Shown here in pieces: positions 1-9,120 of a stretch of DNA of 64,000 nt. The translations under genes were made by a program, and so were the position numbers. The stretch is from a virus, in the IMG/VR virus record IMGVR_UViG_3300044642_000074, positions 1-64,000 of that record; one strand, written 5' to 3'. Under the pieces are notes generated by a model that saw only the letters and a list, made by a program, of their open reading frames with translations, did not search any database and was not told the DNA's origin. Numbering within the stretch: the first letter of the stretch is position 1; every line of letters begins with the position of its first letter.

Positions 1-1
1 A

Positions 2-127
2 GCTTTGGTCAACGCTGCTGCCAAGTTTGAGGCTATACGTCAGTCGTTTAAGGGTACACTCCGTGACCTTGAAGAAGAACAACAAAGTCAGGTAAGAGGA
101 GGACAAAATCTAGCTTATGATCAATAA
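2..127 (+). CDS. 3' end of conserved gene upstream of terminase (partial; possibly small terminase-related)
   Basis: Frame 2 reads ALVNAAAKFEAIRQSFKGTLRDLEEEQQSQVRGGQNLAYDQ-TAA, open from the window start. Confidence 0.7.
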   Translation, partial: ALVNAAAKFEAIRQSFKGTLRDLEEEQQSQVRGGQNLAYDQ

Positions 128-159
128 AGTGTAAAGTAAAAAGCTCTAAAAGTGTAAAA

Positions 160-316
160 TGTAAGGTGACGAAACCGGCAGACGTGCCCTCTTGTCTCGG
201 GGGTGTGGAAGATCTGATAAAGACAGAATACAATCGGGGTGTCCTCGGTGGAGGTTGACCATCAATCCTGTTCTGTTCCTAAAGACCACGTAGAGGTTCG
301 ACTCCTCTCCTTACAG
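160..316 (+). tRNA. tRNA-Asp(GTC)-like gene with class-II-type D arm and 88-nt variable arm
   Basis: Acceptor TGTAAGG(160-166)/CCTTACA(309-315) plus G discriminator; D arm ACG-AAACCGGCAGA-CGT; anticodon stem CCCTC/GGGGG with loop TT-GTC-TC; T arm AGAGG-TTCGACT-CCTCT; no encoded CCA. Confidence 0.75.
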
Positions 317-329
317 CTTGATAACATAT

Positions 330-400
330 TGTGGGGTGGTGTAATGGTAGCACACTGGGCTCATAACCCAGAAATCTTAGTTCGACTCTAAGCCCCGCAA
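330..400 (+). tRNA. tRNA-Met(CAT), initiator-like
   Basis: Acceptor TGTGGGG/CCCCGCA; anticodon stem CTGGG-CTCATAA-CCCAG with three consecutive G-C pairs typical of initiator tRNA; T arm CTTAG-TTCGACT-CTAAG. Confidence 0.92.
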
Positions 401-417
401 CTATAAACTTATATTCT

Positions 418-630
418 ATGGAAGAAAGTATACTTTATGATTACGTGTTTCATTTTAACACGTTTACCAAAACTTGGGCAGCTATTCCTCGTGACCAGTA
501 CAACGCATACTGGAGTAATCAAAATGTTCCCGGTGTATTACGCAGTAAGTCAATTGATACACTCTTAGAGTTATTGCAAAAGACAGGTGGTGATGTAAAG
601 AAGATTGCAAAACTATTTCGTGAAAAGTAA
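418..630 (+). CDS. small hypothetical protein (70 aa)
   Basis: ATG after an A/T-rich leader, co-oriented, stop overlaps the terminase start region. Confidence 0.75.
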   Translation: MEESILYDYVFHFNTFTKTWAAIPRDQYNAYWSNQNVPGVLRSKSIDTLLELLQKTGGDVKKIAKLFREK

Positions 631-2824
631 CCACTATATAGAAATACCAACCTTTGATAAAGATCACTGGACAGTAACTACTTTTTATTCAAGAGAAGAG
701 TTCAGGGACTTTGTATTATCCTGTTTTAAAGAACCGGGAAGATATGAGTTTGATGAAACCAGTCGGATCTTTAACGCTGAAGCTAAAAAGTTTCAGAAAG
801 ACGGATATTACTGTGCTGCTCCTGTAAAGACTAAAGACTTTATTAACTACTGGGATGACCAGAAAATGAAGTGTAAGTCAGGCATTATTGTCAAAAACGG
901 ACTTAATGTATGGTATATCAGTCGGGACTACTACATGTGGCTAAACTTTCTTCCTATCTATGACAAAGAAGAAAAACGGTTTGACTTTGCTAAAGTAAGA
1001 GATGCCCAGTATCACATGGCTCTTTACGAGCAATTAGCTGAACTACACTACAGACATTCTGCTATCTTAAAGAAACGTCAGATAGCCTCATCATATTTTC
1101 ATGCAGCTAAGCTGATTAACATGTATTGGTTTGAAGATGGTGCGGTATTAAAGATAGGTGCCAGTCTTAAAGACTATATTTCAGAGAAAGGTACCTGGCG
1201 TATGCTTACTGAGTACAGAACTTTTTTAAACGAACATACTGCCTGGTACAGACCTAGTGATCCTGATAAAGTATTTTCCTGGCAGCAGCGTATTAAGGTA
1301 CGTATTAGCGGTCGTGATACCCATAAAGGAAACAAGAGTATCATTACTGGTACTTCATTTGAGAAAGATCCTACTAATGGTGTCGGTGGTCCCTGTACTT
1401 ATTTCTTTCACGAGGAAGCTGGTATTGCTCCTAAGATGCACCTGACTTATGAGTACATGCGACCTGCTATGCAGAGTGGTATGATAACTACCGGTATGTT
1501 TATAGCAGCAGGATCTGTTGGTGACCTTGATCAGTGTGAACCTTTGAAGTTAATGATATTGCAACCGGAAGCTAATGATATTTATGCTGTACCCTCTAAT
1601 CTCATAGATAAGAACGGCACTATCGGCACGACTGGTCTTTTTATACCAGAACAATGGAGCATGCCTCCATATATAGATGAGTTTGGTAACTCTAAAGTAG
1701 AAGAAGCTTTAGAAGCCATTGTAGAAGAACGTATTCGTTGGAAGCGTGACCTTACACCAGAACAGTACCAGCTTCGTATATCACAGAAGCCAACAAATAT
1801 AGAAGAAGCTTTTGCTACCAGAAAAGAATCTATTTTTCCTCCGCATCTTGTGTCTAAACAAATGCAGCGTATTCAGGATAAAGAATACCCAGTAGAATAT
1901 TTAGAACTATCCAGAAACGCAGAGGGAAAGATTATAGATAAACAATCTAGGAAGATTCCTATCATGGAATTTCCTATCTCTAAGAAGACTGAAGATAAAG
2001 AGGGGGTACTTTGTGTGTACGAAAGACCACAAAAGGATCCTGCTTTTGGAATGTATTATGCTTCTGTGGATCCAGTAGGAGAGGGTAAGACCACAACTTC
2101 TGAATCTCTTTGTGCCATATACGTGTACAAGAATCCTGTAGAAGTAATTAAAGACGAGGGTAACGGAAAGGTAACCAATACCATAGAACGTGATAGAATT
2201 GTAGCCAGCTGGTGCGGTAGGTTTGATGACCTAAACAAAACCCATGAACGCCTAGAGCTTATCATAGAGTGGTACAACGCCTGGACCGTGGTGGAAAACA
2301 ACGTGGCCCTGTTTATTCAGTACATGATCAGCCGCAAGAAGCAACGATACCTTGTACCAAAAGACATGATCCTGTTTTTAAAAGACCTGGGTGCCAACCG
2401 GAACGTGTTCCAAGAATACGGATGGAAGAACGTAGGGACCATCTTTAAGGGCAACCTGCTCTCTTACGGGATAGAGTTCCTCAAAGAAGAGCTGGATCAT
2501 GAAACCAAGGCAGATGGAGAGATTGTAAAGACCATCTACGGGGTAGAAAGAATTCCGGATGTCATGCTTTTAAAAGAGATGCAAGCTTACCAAGAGGGGG
2601 TCAACGTGGACCGTTTGGTATCTTTTTGTGCCTTAGTGGCCTTTGCAAAAGTACAGCAAGCTAATAGAGGTTTAGCTAAACGTGTAGAAGTTACGGATCA
2701 AAAGTTGGATAACTCCCAGAAATTTAGTAAATTAAATTGGGGACCTTTTAGACATATGGGTTCTTCCAGAGGGAGTTCTGCAGGTATGAGACCACCCAGA
2801 TCACCCTTTAAAAACCTAAAATAA
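605..2824 (+). CDS. terL: terminase large subunit (true start possibly GTG at 620)
   Basis: Walker A-like ILKKRQIASS, Walker B FFHEEAG, RNase H-like nuclease motifs ASVDP / VVENN / NVDRLV; lies just before the portal. Confidence 0.93.
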   Translation: MQNYFVKSNHYIEIPTFDKDHWTVTTFYSREEFRDFVLSCFKEPGRYEFDETSRIFNAEAKKFQKDGYYCAAPVKTKDFINYWDDQKMKCKSGIIVKNGLNVWYISRDYYMWLNFLPIYDKEEKRFDFAKVRDAQYHMALYEQLAELHYRHSAILKKRQIASSYFHAAKLINMYWFEDGAVLKIGASLKDYISEKGTWRMLTEYRTFLNEHTAWYRPSDPDKVFSWQQRIKVRISGRDTHKGNKSIITGTSFEKDPTNGVGGPCTYFFHEEAGIAPKMHLTYEYMRPAMQSGMITTGMFIAAGSVGDLDQCEPLKLMILQPEANDIYAVPSNLIDKNGTIGTTGLFIPEQWSMPPYIDEFGNSKVEEALEAIVEERIRWKRDLTPEQYQLRISQKPTNIEEAFATRKESIFPPHLVSKQMQRIQDKEYPVEYLELSRNAEGKIIDKQSRKIPIMEFPISKKTEDKEGVLCVYERPQKDPAFGMYYASVDPVGEGKTTTSESLCAIYVYKNPVEVIKDEGNGKVTNTIERDRIVASWCGRFDDLNKTHERLELIIEWYNAWTVVENNVALFIQYMISRKKQRYLVPKDMILFLKDLGANRNVFQEYGWKNVGTIFKGNLLSYGIEFLKEELDHETKADGEIVKTIYGVERIPDVMLLKEMQAYQEGVNVDRLVSFCALVAFAKVQQANRGLAKRVEVTDQKLDNSQKFSKLNWGPFRHMGSSRGSSAGMRPPRSPFKNLK

Positions 2825-3123
2825 TGGAAAACACCCCACTACATGCACAGAAAGTAACTATTCTTTCCCGTCTGATAAAGGAAAGCTCACTCAGTTTAGA
2901 GGAGGCTTTAGTTCTTTTAAAGGAGGAGGAAGAGGAGGAAGTTACTCCGTCCACATTTAATCCTGGTACTACAACACCTTGGACTGTTCCAATTCAACCT
3001 TATGGAACAGGTATTAGCAGTGGAACAATTACCTGGACTGGTGGAACTGGAACTACTACTGTAGTACCGGCTAATTCCTTTTTTACTACAAATACCGAGG
3101 TTGAACCCGACCTAAATAATTAA
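2824..3123 (+). CDS. hypothetical protein (99 aa, Thr/Gly-rich C-terminus)
   Basis: TAATG overlap with terL; fills the gap to the portal gene. Confidence 0.7.
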   Translation: MENTPLHAQKVTILSRLIKESSLSLEEALVLLKEEEEEEVTPSTFNPGTTTPWTVPIQPYGTGISSGTITWTGGTGTTTVVPANSFFTTNTEVEPDLNN

Positions 3124-3128
3124 TTATC

Positions 3129-5873
3129 ATGCAGATATATAACGCTCTAGACCTAAAGGCTGGTAAAAAGGCCGACTATAACAAGATGGGTACTCTAACC
3201 CAACCTATTCAGTTTCTTTCTGAGAAGGAAAAGGATGAGGAATGGAGAGCCTGGAACCTTGACTGGTTAGAGTGGCAGGGTATGAAGCAGGTTAGGCGTA
3301 ATGCTCGTAGGCTGATGAAGAACTACAAGCTTGCCAAAGGCATTATAGATAAGGCAGACTACATTGTAGAAGAAGACAACGAGATGGCGGATCTGATAGA
3401 TACTCTTACTAAAGAAGATCAGTCTGCTTTAGAGCTTAAGTTCTATCCTATTATTCCTAACGTAATTAACGTACTCGCAAACGAGTTTTCTAAGCGTAGC
3501 TCTCGTATTATGTTCAAGGCCGTAGATGATATTTCCTACAACGAAATGATGGAGGAAAAAAGATCTATGGTAGAAAATGTACTGCTTCAGGATGCTGAAC
3601 GCAGGGTCATGATGCAGATGATGAACATGGGTATAGAGCTAGACTCTGAAGAAATGCAAAAAGCCATTGCTCCTGAAAATTTGCAGAAGCTTCCGGAAAT
3701 AGAAGGCTTCTTCCGTAAAGACTACCGTTCTATGATTGAAGAGTGGGCTACCCACCAGATGAGTGTAGATGAGGAAAGGTTTAAGATGCAAGAACTAGAA
3801 GAGCGTGCTTTTCGTGATATGCTAATTACAGACCGAGAGTTCTGGCATTTTCGTATGATGGAAGATGATTATGAGGTAGAGCTTTGGAATCCGCTGCTTA
3901 CTTTCTATCATAAATCACCAGATGTCCGTTATATCAGCCAGGGTAACTGGGTGGGTAAAATGGATCTGATGAGTGTATCAGATGTGATTGACAAGTACGG
4001 ATGGATGATGACGCAGGATCAGTTAGAAGCTTTGGAAGCTATCTACCCTGTACGTTCAGCCGGCTATCCTATTGAAGGATACCAGAACGATGGTACATAT
4101 TACGATCCTACTCGTTCTCACGAGTGGAATACTCAAATGCCATCTTTGGCCTACCGCCAGTTTACTTCTGTGTATGACTCACAATTTGGTACGGGAGATA
4201 TTGTTGAATGGATCATGTCTGACTCAGAAGATACTATTGACTTTGGTAAAAGTCATATGCTCAGGGTTTCTTCAATCTACTGGAAGAGTCAGAGAAAAGT
4301 AGGACATCTTACCAAGATTACTGAAGAAGGTGAGATTATACAAGACATTGTAGACGAAACCTATAAGATAACAGACAAACCTGAGTACAACACTGTTATA
4401 TACAAACAAAAGTCCAAGGATAACTTAATCTTTGGTGAACATATTGACTGGATCTGGATCAACGAGACCTGGGGTGGTATCAAGATTGGACCTAACCGTC
4501 CTGCTTTCTGGGGTCAAAATAACCCTGGTGGTATCAATCCTATCTATTTAGGTTTGAATGGGGGTAAGCCTGGTCGGATTCCATTCCAGTTTAAAGGAGA
4601 TTCTACTCTTTATGGTTGCAAACTTCCTGTGGAAGGTTCTGTATTTGGTGATCGTAACACCCGCAGTATTTCACTGGTTGATCTCATGAAGCCATACCAG
4701 ATAGGTTATAACATTGTAAATAACCAAATAGCTGACATCCTTGTAGATGAGCTAGGTACGGTTATTCTATTGGACCAGAACTCTTTACCTCGTCACTCTT
4801 TGGGAGAAGACTGGGGTAAAAATAATCTGGCCAAAGCCTATGTGGCCATGAAGAACTTCCAGATGCTACCGCTGGATACAACTATTACAAATACAGAGAA
4901 TGCTCTGAATTTCCAGCACTACCAGGTGCTAAATCTTGAGCAGACCAACCGTTTGCTTTCTCGTATTAATCTTGCCCAGTATTTTAAGAACCAGGCCTTT
5001 GAGGTTATTGGTCTTAACCCACAACGCATGGGTCAGCAGATTGCTCAGCAGCAAACTGCTACTGGTATAGAACAGGCTATGAGTGCCAGCTATGCACAGA
5101 CTGAGCAGTATTTTATTCAGCACTCTGATAACCTGATGCCAAGAGTTCACCAAATGAGAACTGACTTGGCTCAATACTACCATTCTAAGAAACCTAGTGT
5201 AAGACTTACCTATATCACTTCTAAAGATGAAAAAGTAAACTTTGAGATGAATGGTACAGATCTTCTATTAAGAGATCTGAATATCTTCTGTACTACAAAG
5301 ACCAACTCTCGTGCCATTATGGAGCAGCTTAAACAGCTGGCTATTAACAACAACACAACTGGTGCATCTATCTATGACCTGGGTAATGTAATTAAGTCTG
5401 AGTCTATAGCTGAACTTACCGGTGTTCTTAAGTCTGCTGAAGAAAAATCTATGGCACAGAAGCAGTCTGAGATGCAACAGCAACAGCAAATGCAGCAGGA
5501 AATGCTGGCGGCCCAAGAAAAACAAAGGGCTATGGAACTGCAGGCACAATCTGATAGAGATGATAAGATGATCCAAAAAGATATTACGGTAGCTGAGATA
5601 CGTGCTGCTGGCTATGGAGCTATGCAGGATATCAATCAGAACCAGCAGTCAGATTTTCAAGATGCTCTTGAAGGAATACGTAATGAACAACGTTATCAAG
5701 ATCAGATGAACCTAAAGCGTGAGCAGACACTTACTCAGAAAGAACAAGGCAGTGCTAAGCTTCAGATTGAGCGTGAAAGGCTTCAGGCTCAGAAAGATAT
5801 AGCTGATAAACAACTCCAGATTGCCAGGGAAAACAAAAATAAGTACGACAAACCTGGTAAAAAGTCAAACTAA
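3129..5873 (+). CDS. portal protein (crAss-like)
   Basis: 914 aa after terL; FYPIIPNVINVL, SLVDLMKPYQIGYNIVNNQI motifs; Gln-rich coiled-coil C-terminus typical of podovirus/crAss portals. Confidence 0.9.
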   Translation: MQIYNALDLKAGKKADYNKMGTLTQPIQFLSEKEKDEEWRAWNLDWLEWQGMKQVRRNARRLMKNYKLAKGIIDKADYIVEEDNEMADLIDTLTKEDQSALELKFYPIIPNVINVLANEFSKRSSRIMFKAVDDISYNEMMEEKRSMVENVLLQDAERRVMMQMMNMGIELDSEEMQKAIAPENLQKLPEIEGFFRKDYRSMIEEWATHQMSVDEERFKMQELEERAFRDMLITDREFWHFRMMEDDYEVELWNPLLTFYHKSPDVRYISQGNWVGKMDLMSVSDVIDKYGWMMTQDQLEALEAIYPVRSAGYPIEGYQNDGTYYDPTRSHEWNTQMPSLAYRQFTSVYDSQFGTGDIVEWIMSDSEDTIDFGKSHMLRVSSIYWKSQRKVGHLTKITEEGEIIQDIVDETYKITDKPEYNTVIYKQKSKDNLIFGEHIDWIWINETWGGIKIGPNRPAFWGQNNPGGINPIYLGLNGGKPGRIPFQFKGDSTLYGCKLPVEGSVFGDRNTRSISLVDLMKPYQIGYNIVNNQIADILVDELGTVILLDQNSLPRHSLGEDWGKNNLAKAYVAMKNFQMLPLDTTITNTENALNFQHYQVLNLEQTNRLLSRINLAQYFKNQAFEVIGLNPQRMGQQIAQQQTATGIEQAMSASYAQTEQYFIQHSDNLMPRVHQMRTDLAQYYHSKKPSVRLTYITSKDEKVNFEMNGTDLLLRDLNIFCTTKTNSRAIMEQLKQLAINNNTTGASIYDLGNVIKSESIAELTGVLKSAEEKSMAQKQSEMQQQQQMQQEMLAAQEKQRAMELQAQSDRDDKMIQKDITVAEIRAAGYGAMQDINQNQQSDFQDALEGIRNEQRYQDQMNLKREQTLTQKEQGSAKLQIERERLQAQKDIADKQLQIARENKNKYDKPGKKSN

Positions 5874-5961
5874 ACTTTGGGTTAGTAGAGAACTATAGCT
5901 CTATTATCCATACTTCAGGTACCCTTCAGCTCTACAAAGTAAATTTTTAGGGTTTAAAGTC

Positions 5962-5980
5962 GTATATTTTTATTGTAGAA
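5962..5980 (+). promoter_or_regulatory. putative phage late promoter motif (GTATATT...TGTAGA)
   Basis: GTATATTTTTATTGTAGAA; similar motif in four other intergenic gaps. Confidence 0.55.
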
Positions 5981-6007
5981 GTACACCATAAAAAACCAAT
6001 ATAACCT

Positions 6008-7285
6008 ATGGAAAATCAGAACAATGTACAGACTTCTGTACAGCAAGTAGATCTTGACATAGACAGCTGGCTTGGAGCCCCCGGTGCAGATAGTATCGTA
6101 ACCCCAACAGCTGCTGATACCAAGAAAGCAGAAACAAAACCTAACATCTTTTCTGCAAAAGCTGTAGATCTCAGCTTCATTGATAAAGACGATGAAGAAG
6201 AAAACAAAGATGAGCCTGCAGGAGAAGATAAAAAGGACACAGAACCCCTAGTTTCCCGTGAAACATCTGGTAACGTATTTGACGAGCTAGGTAAAGAGGA
6301 AACAGAAGATGAGGAAAAGAAGACCAAAGGTGGTCGTCCTCGTACAGAAAAGTCTGGTCTAGTAGAGTTTCTAAAAAAACGCATAGAGTCAAAGGAAATG
6401 TTTGCCTTTGATGACTTTGACGAAAGTAAACAATCTCTTGATGACTACCTTGGTGGTCTTGGAGAGAAAGATATAGAGGAGCTCTGGCAAGCTAACGTTG
6501 ATAACCTCAAGCAAGAAGTAGCAGCCAAGACTCCAAAAGAGTTCTTTGAGTCATTACCTGATGAGTTGCAATATGCAGCTAAGTATGTAATGGATGGTGG
6601 ACAAGACCTTAAAGGTTTGTTCCAAGCTCTGGCTCAGGTTGAGCAGGTTCGTTCTTTGAACCCTGCTGACGAAGGAGACCAAGAAGGTATTGTAAGATCT
6701 TACCTCAGTGCTACCGGTTTTGGTACAGAAGAGGAGATTGAAGAAGAAGTAAATACCTGGAAAGACCTTGGAGTGCTAGAAAAGAAAGCTAAGCAGTTCA
6801 AACCAAAGTTGGATCAGATGCAGGAAGAAATCGTGCAATCTCAGCTGGTAGAACAGGAAGCTAGAAAGCAGCAGCAGGAACAAGCTGCACAGGCTTATAT
6901 GCAGAATGTGTTTGAAGCCCTTCGTCCGGCAGAGATCAACGGTCTAAAACTTGACAAGAAAACCCAAGCACAACTTTATAGTGGTCTTGTACAACCTCAG
7001 TATCCATCCATCAGTGGTCGTCCAACCAACTTACTCGGTCATCTTTTAGAGAAGTACCAGTTTGTTGAACCTGACTACCCACTTATTGCAGAAGCTCTTT
7101 GGTTACTTTCTAACCCTGATGAATATCGTCAGAACCTAGTAAAGCAAGGAAAGAACCAAGCAGTAGAACAAACCGTACGCCAACTCAAGACTGAGCAGAG
7201 CCGTAAACAAAGTTCTACTTACCAGGATGAAGATGATCAAAGACCTAGAAAAATAGCTAGACCTCAGAATATTTTTAAACGCTAA
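6008..7285 (+). CDS. conserved protein between portal and MCP (putative scaffold; crAss gene-77-like)
   Basis: Acidic disordered N-terminus, coiled-coil, position immediately upstream of the MCP. Confidence 0.75.
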   Translation: MENQNNVQTSVQQVDLDIDSWLGAPGADSIVTPTAADTKKAETKPNIFSAKAVDLSFIDKDDEEENKDEPAGEDKKDTEPLVSRETSGNVFDELGKEETEDEEKKTKGGRPRTEKSGLVEFLKKRIESKEMFAFDDFDESKQSLDDYLGGLGEKDIEELWQANVDNLKQEVAAKTPKEFFESLPDELQYAAKYVMDGGQDLKGLFQALAQVEQVRSLNPADEGDQEGIVRSYLSATGFGTEEEIEEEVNTWKDLGVLEKKAKQFKPKLDQMQEEIVQSQLVEQEARKQQQEQAAQAYMQNVFEALRPAEINGLKLDKKTQAQLYSGLVQPQYPSISGRPTNLLGHLLEKYQFVEPDYPLIAEALWLLSNPDEYRQNLVKQGKNQAVEQTVRQLKTEQSRKQSSTYQDEDDQRPRKIARPQNIFKR

Positions 7286-7316
7286 TATTTTATTAACCCC
7301 CTAAATCCGATGCCCT

Positions 7317-8942
7317 ATGGCAACTCCAGTTTTGAACAATGGTATATTTCTACGAGATACCAGCTATCAAACTAGCTCACACGTAGATTCTTACCACCTT
7401 TCAAACCTCCTAAAGAGTGCGGAACCAACTGATCTTGGTCCCGTAGATCTATGGGCTATGGCTCAAAAGGTAGAAATGCCTTTGTACCAGATGTCCAGCT
7501 TTGGAGGAAAGAACGTTATCTCTGTAGATAACGCACGTGGTGAGTACAAATGGCAGATCCCTGTAGCTCAGGATCTACCCTATATCACAGAAGATATAGA
7601 ATCCGCTAATGCCACTAAAGGTATTGACGGACAGAGCTTCAAGATCAAAGTAAACAAGCGTTCTTTTGGTCATGGTGATATCATCACTTATGACAAGTAC
7701 AACGGTGTTGAAATGTACATCACTGCAGACGATATTATCCCTGCTGGTGACGGTTTCATCTACACAGTACAGCTTGTAAACAATGACAATGCTAAGTTTT
7801 TAGACAACAAGTATTTAAAAGTTGGAACCAAAGTATTCCGTAAGGGTTCTGCCCGTGGTGAATATGGTGAGCGTTTCTCAGATTTGGGTAACGTATCAGC
7901 TGGTTTCCGCGAATTCTACAACTATGTAGGTGGTGCAGAAGCTCACGTACACTACAGCATCAGCTCTCGTGCAGACTTGATGATGAAAGGTGGTATGAAA
8001 GCTGACGGTACTGTACCTGTAGTTGAGCTTTGGAGAAACTTTGACAGTGAGGCTCTTAAAGATCCTTCTGTTACTTCTCTTGAAAGCATGGCTTCTAAAA
8101 TGGGTAAAGATTATGTAAAGAAAGCTTACCAGTCTGGTCAGTTGACTCGTACATTCTTGACTACTCTTGAAGCTGCTCATTTGACTAAGATTGCTAACGA
8201 CATGGAAACTTACCTCATGTGGGGACAAGGTGGACGTGTTAAGCAAGACGGTCCAGATGATATCCGTTTGTCAGTAGGTCTTTGGAAGCAGTTGGATAAC
8301 TCTTACAAGCGTATCTACAACAAAGGTTCTTTCAATCTTGACTTGTTTAAGTCTGAAATCTTCAACTTCTTCAATGGTAAGGTTGAGTTCCAAGGTCCAG
8401 ATCCTAAGCGTCAGCTTGTTGTACAAACTGGTCTTGGTGGTATGAAATTGGTTAACGAAGCAATTAAGAAGGAAGCTATCAACAGCGGTCTTGTTATCAA
8501 TGCTTCTGAAATCGGTGCTATCACTGGTAAAGGTATGGATCTAAACTTCGGTTTTGCATACACTCAGTACGTTATTCCGTTCTTGGCTAACGTTAAGTTT
8601 GTATTGAACCCTGCGTTTGATAACATCCACACCAATGATATTGAGAACCCAATCATTGATGGTTTCCCATTATCTTCTTACAACTTCATCATATTTGATA
8701 TCACAGATAACGTTAACGACAACATCTTCTTGTTGAAGTTAAGCTGGGATAATCAATTGAAGTGGTTCTATCAGAATGGTACAATGGATTACATGGGTCG
8801 TACACAAGGCTTCCAGTCTTCTGGAAACTTCAACGGTTACCGTGTGTTCATGAGCCAGACTATGCCAGCGATCTGGGTGAAAGATCCTACCAAGGTTCTT
8901 AAGATCGTGATGAGAAACCCTGTTACAGGCGGCTCATTCTAA
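7317..8942 (+). CDS. major capsid protein (crAss-like, HK97 fold)
   Basis: 541 aa, strongly biased high-expression codon usage, C-terminal PAIWVKDPTKVLKI motif, synteny portal-scaffold-MCP. Confidence 0.9.
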   Translation: MATPVLNNGIFLRDTSYQTSSHVDSYHLSNLLKSAEPTDLGPVDLWAMAQKVEMPLYQMSSFGGKNVISVDNARGEYKWQIPVAQDLPYITEDIESANATKGIDGQSFKIKVNKRSFGHGDIITYDKYNGVEMYITADDIIPAGDGFIYTVQLVNNDNAKFLDNKYLKVGTKVFRKGSARGEYGERFSDLGNVSAGFREFYNYVGGAEAHVHYSISSRADLMMKGGMKADGTVPVVELWRNFDSEALKDPSVTSLESMASKMGKDYVKKAYQSGQLTRTFLTTLEAAHLTKIANDMETYLMWGQGGRVKQDGPDDIRLSVGLWKQLDNSYKRIYNKGSFNLDLFKSEIFNFFNGKVEFQGPDPKRQLVVQTGLGGMKLVNEAIKKEAINSGLVINASEIGAITGKGMDLNFGFAYTQYVIPFLANVKFVLNPAFDNIHTNDIENPIIDGFPLSSYNFIIFDITDNVNDNIFLLKLSWDNQLKWFYQNGTMDYMGRTQGFQSSGNFNGYRVFMSQTMPAIWVKDPTKVLKIVMRNPVTGGSF

Positions 8943-8953
8943 ATTATAACAGT

Positions 8954-8993
8954 ACCTGGGTTGCTTCCCATAAGAACAGCACCCAGGTCTTTA
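8954..8993 (+). terminator. stem-loop / probable terminator after MCP
   Basis: ACCTGGGT(T)GCT...AGCACCCAGGT followed by CTTT. Confidence 0.5.
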
Positions 8994-9008
8994 TATAGTT
9001 TTCCCCCT

Positions 9009-9067
9009 AACCTGTTGTACGCACACCGTGTCTGATCAGACGGAGAGCTTGCAACTCTCGACAGGTT
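9009..9067 (+). ncRNA. compact tRNA-like structured element
   Basis: AACCTGTT/GACAGGTT closing stem stacked on GAGAG-CTTGCAA-CTCTC, plus inner CG(TG)TCT-GATC-AGACG hairpin. Confidence 0.35.
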
Positions 9068-9120
9068 CTGATATGAGGTCGCAAAATGCGGCCACTTATG
9101 AAAAACCAAAAAAACCAAAC

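Noticed and set aside
48-233. Minus-strand 61-aa ORF
   Set aside because: Overlaps a + strand gene end and the tRNA-like gene; no coding features
160-316. Group I intron-containing tRNA or tmRNA
   Set aside because: The insert is in the variable arm rather than the anticodon loop and is too short for a group I intron; an anticodon arm is present and there is no G3-U70 alanine determinant
2280-2640. Apparently GC-richer patch in terL suggesting recombination or an intein
   Set aside because: No intein motifs, the protein is continuous terminase nuclease sequence, and the composition shift could not be quantified by eye
9028-9120. GTG-start N-terminal extension of the gene after the MCP
   Set aside because: Falls in a structured RNA region; the ATG at 9121 has the typical leader
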